From positions 1,088,001-1,152,000 of the forward strand of contig CAWJEN010000006.1 in the NCBI GenBank assembly GCA_963841915.1: DNA of 64,000 nucleotides. The letters run 5' to 3'. The DNA comes from an uncultured Planctomycetota bacterium (GTDB lineage Bacteria; Planctomycetota; Phycisphaerae; Tepidisphaerales; Tepidisphaeraceae). Both the position numbers and the translations under genes were made by a program. This document shows, one piece after another, positions 58,601 through 64,000 of the stretch. A model generated the notes under the pieces. The model saw nothing but the letters and a program-made list of their open reading frames with translations. It was not told the DNA's origin and made no database searches. Positions within the stretch are counted from its first letter, which is position 1. Each line of letters opens with the position of its first letter.

Positions 58601-61600
58601 TCATCGAGGATGGTGTTGCCGAGCTGAGCCCCGACGCCACTGCCTGAGAGGCTTCGCATGGAGCCGAAGGGCACACGGATGGTGCCGAATCCGCCGTAGA
58701 ACGACTCATTGCGGGCGTCGACGACGCCGAGGTCGCCTTGGCGCAGGCGGATCGTGTCGAAGGCACCGACGTTGCTTTCACGAGTCTTGGTGTTGAAGAA
58801 GCCCGTTCCGATAACGGACCTGCTGGAGATTCGGTTTCCCGCGACGATGCCACCGATGGTCACGTCGCCGGCGTTCTCAACCGTCAGCTGATATTGAGCG
58901 CCGCCTCCCGTGATGACCGTGCCGTCTGGTTTGTTGAACTCGACCTGTAGCCGGTAAGCGCCACCGGTTTCGGCTGTGAACTCGAACGGCTGATTCTCCG
59001 TGTTGACGCGGCCCAGGCTGTCGTCGTAGTCGCTGGCAACGACGCGGCCGTCCGGATCGAGCACGCGGACTGCCACCTGCGATCCCAGAAGCGTCTCGGC
59101 CTGGATGATGATGCTCTGTCCCGCGAGCAGACCAAGCCCGTAGAAGTCATCACGGTCGACAATCGTGGGCGTAACGAGAAGCGTCCCAAGCACCGTGCGG
59201 GCACCGTCGGCGGTCGTGCCAAAGGGCTCGAAGGTGTCGAAGGTGTCGTTGCTAAGTGCCGGGGCGTCGAGGAAGCCGGCGGCAAAGAAGTCGTTGCGGT
59301 CGTCTGCCTCAACCTTGAACTCGATTTCCCGGGTTTCCTGGCCCAGCGACTGGAACAGTGTGGGCTGAATGAAGCCGCCTTCGGGTTCCCGCTCGCCGAG
59401 GACGTCGAAGCTCGCGGCGATGCTGCCGGGCGTTCGAACGGCACCGACGCGTCCCCCGACGGCGAAGTCGGTGCCTGCCGAGAAGCCGTCGAGAGCGCCG
59501 TCGCCGAAGGCTTGTTCGGAAAAATCGGACGCGTTGGCAAACTCGGAGTCACCGATGCTGGCAGTCGAGGCGACGTAGCCGACGTCGCCGAAGACGGCGA
59601 AGTTGTCGGCAATGGGCCCGCCGCTCCCGGCAAGCCCGTCACCGGTGAGGATGGAGCCGGCTACGAAGCGGTTGAGCGAGCCTTCGACGCGTACCGCGCC
59701 AGTCACCACGCCACCAAACAGGAAGCCCTCCACACCCGAGTCAAGTGCAAAGAAACCCGGAATGGCTTGACCGTTGAAGAGCGGGCCGGTGAAGGGGTTC
59801 GTGCCTTCGGTCCGGTTGACGATGTCGAGCGTTTCCTGCACGACAACCGGTCCCTCTTGGGGGACGAACTTCATGCCGAGGTAGAGCTCGCCGTGGTCTT
59901 CTTCGATCTCCAGGGAAGTATCGCCAGACCGCGCGATGAGGCCGACACCGCCGGTCAGTGCCAGCGGCTCGCCCATGTCGTTCAAGGCGGTCACGATGAC
60001 GGTCGTCGTGTCGGGGTTACCGTTGCGGACGATGAAGCTGTAGATGCCCAGCGCGCCACCGACTCCACGTGGCCGTTGGTCGACAATGACCAGTTGATCC
60101 TGCTCGTTGTCGGTGGAGATGAATCCGCCGACCTCTTCAGTGAACGGGTTGTCGATGTCCGACACCCAGGTCAGACCCTGCAGGCTCGAGCCCAGAGCAC
60201 CCCCACCGACCGCATTGAGGCCGCCGATCTGCGTGGCGTTGATGACCGCACGGGCGTTGATCGCTCCGATACCGGGAAGACCTGTGATGCCAGAATCGCT
60301 CGTCAATTGGAACAGCCGAGCGTCATCGCCCGGCTCACTTATGCCGTAGATCCCACCCCGACCGTCTGCGTCATTGGGGCGGACAGCCAGACGCGTCAGC
60401 GTGGCCCCGTCGCCGGGGAAGACCACGGGCGTGACGTTGGAGAAGGTGACTTCCTGCTGAAGGTTTACCGAGGGAACCGACAGCAGGCCGGTTCGAGAAT
60501 TGATCGCCTGCTGACCCGTGCCTTCGGCGACCCGCTCGTTGAAGGTGCCGTACAGCACGATGCCAGGTGAGCTGTCGCTGCCGGACACTGGCGTGAAAGC
60601 AGTGATTGAAGCAACCGTTTGGGCATCGAGGCTCTGCGGATCGGCAAAGAAGTCGGTGCCGACCACGCGGACATTGCTCGTCGTCGCGGGGCTCGAGCCC
60701 AGGCCGACATCGACCGCGACGACGGCAAAGACTTCCGTCCCGGCCGGGTCCGTCATCGGATTAGGGAGGAAGTCCTGCTGACGGAGAACGTTGACGTTGA
60801 GCCCGATGTACAGCGTGTCGTCATCGCCCGGTGCAAAGCCCGCACCGACGATGGAGTTGATCGACTCGCGCTGCCCGACCGGGTTATCTCCTTCAAGTGT
60901 CTCACCCGCACCGAAGGAACCATTGAAGCTCGCGACGATGTCGGAGATGATGTCGGAGATGAACAGACCGTCACCCGCATTGGTGCGATCGGCCACGGAG
61001 CCGGCACCGGCGACGGTTCTGGCGACGTCATCCGTGTCAAGGTTCAGCTCGTACACCTGCAGTTCGCGGATGTCATCAGGATCTGCAGGCCGTTCGATGA
61101 GCTGGAAGCCGAAGGTTCGGCCGGTGCTGTTGGCGGCCAGAGCCTGCAGGTCGATGAGATCGTTGCGTGCCTGAATGACGGGCCCCGCACCGGGAAGCGG
61201 CGTGATGGTCGACCCGACCAGGTCGGTGAAGTTGACTTGCTGAAGGCCACCGAGTTCGTTCACGAACGTGACGTTGTTACCGACGATGGGCGTCACGCCG
61301 ATCCTGCCACCGAGTCCACCGTTGACGTTTCCGTCTCGAAGCGGATCGTCGGAAGTCCGGTTACCGGAGATGTTGCTGAATCGCCCGTCTGCCGTTGAGC
61401 CGATGAGTTCGACCTCGACGTTCGGATCGTCACCGAGCACAGTGACCCGGGCGTTGATGAAGTCTGCGGGGTCTTCGGGCAGGTCTTCGTAATCGAACGT
61501 GGAGTACAAGAGCGACTCACCCGAGAGGAGCGTAACCAGCAGCCGGCGAGGCTCGAGCTGTTCGCTGAGGACGGTGCGGCCGCCCTGGTCGACGGCCGGG

Positions 61601-61725
61601 ACGTGGAGCTGCTCCATGACACCGCCGACGGCGGTAGCGAGCTTGTTCCAGGAGTGACGGCCACGCACAGCAGTCTGGCGGGCGAAGCGGGCGGCGGTGC
61701 GGGTGGTGGAACGGGCTGCGCTCAT
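55609..61725 (-). CDS. Giant (~2040 aa) LEPRxLL-motif extracellular protein with PPC-like domain and beta-helix-like repeats
   Basis: Basic N-terminus followed by EQLEPRRLL (planctomycete extracellular motif), a PPC-like segment (DFY.L.L.AGQ..VLDPDG..ASD.DD..FTA..GGAY.L.V), and acidic Gly/Asp/Ile-rich repeats. Confidence 0.85.
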   Translation of the reverse strand: MSAARSTTRTAARFARQTAVRGRHSWNKLATAVGGVMEQLHVPAVDQGGRTVLSEQLEPRRLLVTLLSGESLLYSTFDYEDLPEDPADFINARVTVLGDDPNVEVELIGSTADGRFSNISGNRTSDDPLRDGNVNGGLGGRIGVTPIVGNNVTFVNELGGLQQVNFTDLVGSTITPLPGAGPVIQARNDLIDLQALAANSTGRTFGFQLIERPADPDDIRELQVYELNLDTDDVARTVAGAGSVADRTNAGDGLFISDIISDIVASFNGSFGAGETLEGDNPVGQRESINSIVGAGFAPGDDDTLYIGLNVNVLRQQDFLPNPMTDPAGTEVFAVVAVDVGLGSSPATTSNVRVVGTDFFADPQSLDAQTVASITAFTPVSGSDSSPGIVLYGTFNERVAEGTGQQAINSRTGLLSVPSVNLQQEVTFSNVTPVVFPGDGATLTRLAVRPNDADGRGGIYGISEPGDDARLFQLTSDSGITGLPGIGAINARAVINATQIGGLNAVGGGALGSSLQGLTWVSDIDNPFTEEVGGFISTDNEQDQLVIVDQRPRGVGGALGIYSFIVRNGNPDTTTVIVTALNDMGEPLALTGGVGLIARSGDTSLEIEEDHGELYLGMKFVPQEGPVVVQETLDIVNRTEGTNPFTGPLFNGQAIPGFFALDSGVEGFLFGGVVTGAVRVEGSLNRFVAGSILTGDGLAGSGGPIADNFAVFGDVGYVASTASIGDSEFANASDFSEQAFGDGALDGFSAGTDFAVGGRVGAVRTPGSIAASFDVLGEREPEGGFIQPTLFQSLGQETREIEFKVEADDRNDFFAAGFLDAPALSNDTFDTFEPFGTTADGARTVLGTLLVTPTIVDRDDFYGLGLLAGQSIIIQAETLLGSQVAVRVLDPDGRVVASDYDDSLGRVNTENQPFEFTAETGGAYRLQVEFNKPDGTVITGGGAQYQLTVENAGDVTIGGIVAGNRISSRSVIGTGFFNTKTRESNVGAFDTIRLRQGDLGVVDARNESFYGGFGTIRVPFGSMRSLSGSGVGAQLGNTILDDVTLRIGHSIGRLQATGNAGGAFGGDVFVNFFDDGTDQFGLAIPTEATAGDDIQVVDAARDVYGNFVVGRGIGSIVAGGDWAATNFSLPDSRIFVNIDDINDDGFVDMLSLGGNVGFSDPNNDGAGTVVGGPAIDVGTNGNFRYFDVRENAVVIRDGFFGSTPGDSFLQVRRGESFDFTDDSGTRVRIEPDEGVANPNFDPVVDSPEDASIENGTLEVLTYPVRSGGSILVSLRTDRSVTVTNLDRGERTTSELGNLFLTGINGRPVTQQNVNDGFSNQLQFQLQDNNPTNLFDFDDGLEDVEVLLEGRAVDLFNVQPSGLDSGSPVGDGRVSRLVNNSSGEILSATLTSIGELRAPRVGIAQTRGQAELNIAAPRSFNAGAQTPFLLEPHLIAVEGSIVSIEADSVGNIYVGGDFGIGEVEGGTQSLTGLEPTGDAGDGIGNTNRAGFDAFGQPTMIQDVGGFNGIGIPRIGELRGVIGSIRADAFGGDRQEFNALGRGRDLVESFEGIAGPIVAVSPQTADEIEGEIRFVDIGEGIADDGSGEVSRAGLYAEGFITRITGSNADIRGEISTNEINEISLDNGSIIGADIFQPDLTTSGAFSFQRGIEFNGEITTLTESDDLPQDPFYELDSIRITNGGIIGTSIGFTDIDSIVIDDGFGIMRTDIGTVTEGVINQIESNNNVGIRNVSIDAGQTLNTIAANGDANLSSIAGLPVTTRLGDQGFDFDPFTGREISPANDVRRSLGLPQGVDSRRRVTNTGVIENTDISGTRDLGSYTASVTRSNLNSVLAAADFIEDASGIGGFNPNSPDFPNRVAFGRNIGTYDVISTFGFQSTSGEVDNVDAARDLINTLLRVSGRFETVDVGGAIFGDTFLRAEGPDGSIGSVTAGDVFGVIRADTSIDSIDIVGDLGAPDSSAVVLPTTEATIRAGGAAQPNAPIGRLSVGGDVLSGVYVRATDDIDELFIGGDVEDGAVIEADQIDDLQVDGNIFGDILRR

Positions 61726-62210
61726 GTCGATCAAAAACAGGGGGTGGTGGCGACCAGAAGCTGAAAAGGTGGCGAAGGGGCAACCGCCGCCGAAGAGTCA
61801 CGCCGCACGCCCGGGGCGGTGCGGCAGTCGACGGCTCAGCGGCAAGGCCAGCTTGCGACCGTCAACGGGTTGGACGCGTCGTCTGGGTCCAGGTTCTCGG
61901 ACGTGGTGCGTGAGCAGCGTCTGAGACAGGAACGAGGGACGCTAAGGCGGGCGGGGTTGGGGTCGGGACCGGTCTGGCCGACCTGGGCTTGGCCTCCTCG
62001 GGGCGGGTGCCGGCCTGCTGTGGCCGGTGCCGCGACGAAACGAGTCGCGCGGGCCTGCCGTTGTAGCGGCCCGGCGGCAGCCGTGTCAACGCGACCGCGG
62101 CTTCGCCAACCCCTTGCGTCATGTCTCATAACGCCTCCCGGCTCAAGTCGCCTCCGCCCAGACATCCCCGGCGCATTGGACGCAGCCCCCCGCGACCGCT
62201 ACAAAACATC

Positions 62211-62540
62211 ATGGCCGACGCTGACAAAGCACCCGAGCTCTCCGACGCCGATGTCCGTCACGTCGCCAAGCTCGCCCGCCTGAGCCCGCCAGACGCCCAG
62301 ATTCACACCTACGGCGACCAGCTCCGCGGCATCCTCGGCTACGTCGCCAAGATCGGTCAGGTCGACGTGACCGGCGTCGAGCCGACCGCTCACGCTGTCA
62401 CCTTCACCAACGTCCTTCGCGACGACACCGTCGGCGAGGCCTTGACGGTCGACGAGGTTCTGCAGAACGCCCCCGACAGCGATTCGCCCTTCTTTAAGGT
62501 GCCCAAGGTCATCGGCGGCGACGAAGATTCGGCGGGGTAG
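62211..62540 (+). CDS. gatC: Asp/Glu-tRNA amidotransferase subunit C
   Basis: VRHVAKLARL, IL.YV, VD..GVEPT.H, LRDD, VL.NAP and FKVPKVI. Confidence 0.95.
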   Translation: MADADKAPELSDADVRHVAKLARLSPPDAQIHTYGDQLRGILGYVAKIGQVDVTGVEPTAHAVTFTNVLRDDTVGEALTVDEVLQNAPDSDSPFFKVPKVIGGDEDSAG

Positions 62541-62650
62541 AGCACCGGAAGTGATGAGTTGAGGAGTGATGAATGCCTGAAAGCGGCACACACGCCTCGC
62601 CTGACACACATCACACATCATTCTTCGACTCCACACTTCTCTTGCCGCCC

Positions 62651-64000
62651 ATGCCACCTGACACGATCCTTGCAGCCCGCGACGCCGTTCGCGCCCGTGA
62701 CATCTCCAGCGAGGAGCTGGTGCGGGAGTCGATCGCCCGGACGGAGCGGCTTGACGGCTCGATCAACGCCTTTGTCACCACCGATGCCGCCAGAGCTTTG
62801 AGCAAAGCCGCCGCGGTCGATGCCGGCGAGATCACCGGCCCGCTCGCCGGTGTGCCGATCGCGCTCAAGGACAACATGTGTACGAGCTGGGGCACCACGA
62901 CCTGCTCGAGCAAAATGCTCGAGAACTTCCACAGCCCGTACGACGCGACCATCGTCAAGCGGCTTGAAGCGGCCGGCGCCATCATCGTCGGCAAGTGCAA
63001 CATGGACGAGTTCGCGATGGGCTCGTCGACCGAGAACAGCGCGTTCTTTGTCACACGCAACCCTTGGGACAACAGCCGAGTGCCCGGCGGCAGCTCGGGC
63101 GGCAGCGCCGCAGCCGTCGCGGCGGGATTCGCCTGCGGCTCCCTCGGAAGCGACACCGGCGGGTCGATCCGTCAACCCGCCAGCCTCTGCGGACTCGTCG
63201 GACTCAAACCCACGTACGGCCGCGTCAGCCGGTACGGCCTCGTCGCCTTCGCCTCCTCGCTCGACCAGATCGGCCCGTTCTCCTGGACCGTCGAAGACGC
63301 CGCCCTGCTGCTCGACGTCATCGGCGGGCACGACCCGCTCGACTCGACAAGCTCCAAGTCGCCCATGCCCGACTTTGCCGCAAGCGTCAACGCGCTCGTC
63401 GAGGCCGGCGGAGCCAAAGGACTCAAGGTCGGCATCGCCAAGGAATTCACCGCCGCCGCCGGGCAGTCGGGCGGCGTCGAGCCGGAAGTGCAGAAGGCCT
63501 TCGATGCAGCGCTGGCTGTCTTGCAGGAACACGGCGCCGAAGTCGTCGACATCAGCCTGCCGCACACCGAATACGGCATTGCCGCCTACTACGTCATCGC
63601 ACCCTGCGAAGCCTCGAGCAATTTGGCCCGCTACGACGGCGTTCACTTCGGCCACCGCACGAGCAAGCCGGTCGACGACATTATCCAGCTCTTCAGCGAA
63701 AGCCGCGAAGAAGGCTTCGGGGCCGAGGTCAAACGCCGCATCATGATCGGTACGTATGCCCTGTCGAGCGGCTACTACGACGCGTACTACAACACGGCCC
63801 TGAAGGTCCGCACGCTCATCGCCCGAGACTTCGACGAGGCGTTCAAGAAGTGCGACGTCATCGCCAGCCCGACGAGCCCGTTCCCGGCGTTCCCCATCGG
63901 CGACAAGGCGGCCGACCCGCTGAGCATGTACTTGTGCGACGTCTTTACCGTCACGAGCAACATCGCCGGCAACTGCAGCATGAACGTGCCGTGCGGCTTC
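62651..64000 (+). CDS. gatA: Asp/Glu-tRNA amidotransferase subunit A (runs off the right edge)
   Basis: Manual translation gives [69 protein letters not shown] and [22 protein letters not shown]. Confidence 0.96.
   Translation, partial: MPPDTILAARDAVRARDISSEELVRESIARTERLDGSINAFVTTDAARALSKAAAVDAGEITGPLAGVPIALKDNMCTSWGTTTCSSKMLENFHSPYDATIVKRLEAAGAIIVGKCNMDEFAMGSSTENSAFFVTRNPWDNSRVPGGSSGGSAAAVAAGFACGSLGSDTGGSIRQPASLCGLVGLKPTYGRVSRYGLVAFASSLDQIGPFSWTVEDAALLLDVIGGHDPLDSTSSKSPMPDFAASVNALVEAGGAKGLKVGIAKEFTAAAGQSGGVEPEVQKAFDAALAVLQEHGAEVVDISLPHTEYGIAAYYVIAPCEASSNLARYDGVHFGHRTSKPVDDIIQLFSESREEGFGAEVKRRIMIGTYALSSGYYDAYYNTALKVRTLIARDFDEAFKKCDVIASPTSPFPAFPIGDKAADPLSMYLCDVFTVTSNIAGNCSMNVPCGF

Noticed and set aside
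62545..62645. TGATGA/CACATCA-rich spacer between gatC and gatA as a regulatory RNA
   Set aside because: Only weak inverted complementarity and no recognisable T-box or riboswitch motif.

Overview
GC-rich bacterial chromosomal window, most likely from a Planctomycetota genome (inferred from a LEPRxLL-motif giant protein, PEP-CTERM/exosortase genes and planctomycete-style conserved hypotheticals). It is probably near the replication origin: it holds four perfect parS sites in two pairs, plus gyrA. Most of it is housekeeping and cell-envelope genes: pdhC, a pabB-like gene, bamD/lptE-like genes, glycosyltransferases, an ABC exporter, xerD, thuA, aroA, ndh, gyrA, an M3 peptidase, trpF, wzc, a TPR protein, epsI, exosortase, ftsY, cdaA/cdaR, dut, gatCA, tRNA-Arg(ACG) and tRNA-Ser(CGA). 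Highlights: (1) a translationally coupled minus-strand operon at the left edge (EboD-like sugar-phosphate cyclase, HD-like protein with HH in place of HD, Gfo/Idh/MocA oxidoreductase, Zn-ribbon MBL hydrolase, YcaO-like protein) that may be an uncharacterised biosynthetic or tailoring pathway; (2) two homologous ~280-bp intergenic cassettes about 26.7 kb apart, each with two parS sites, conserved boxes and 11-bp inverted ends; (3) a WecB/TagA glycosyltransferase fused to a degenerate nucleotidyltransferase; (4) CdaA with DLG replacing the DGA motif; (5) three single-base frameshifts that are probably assembly errors. I saw no CRISPR array, transposase or prophage. All family calls come from reading motifs by eye; no database searches were run.
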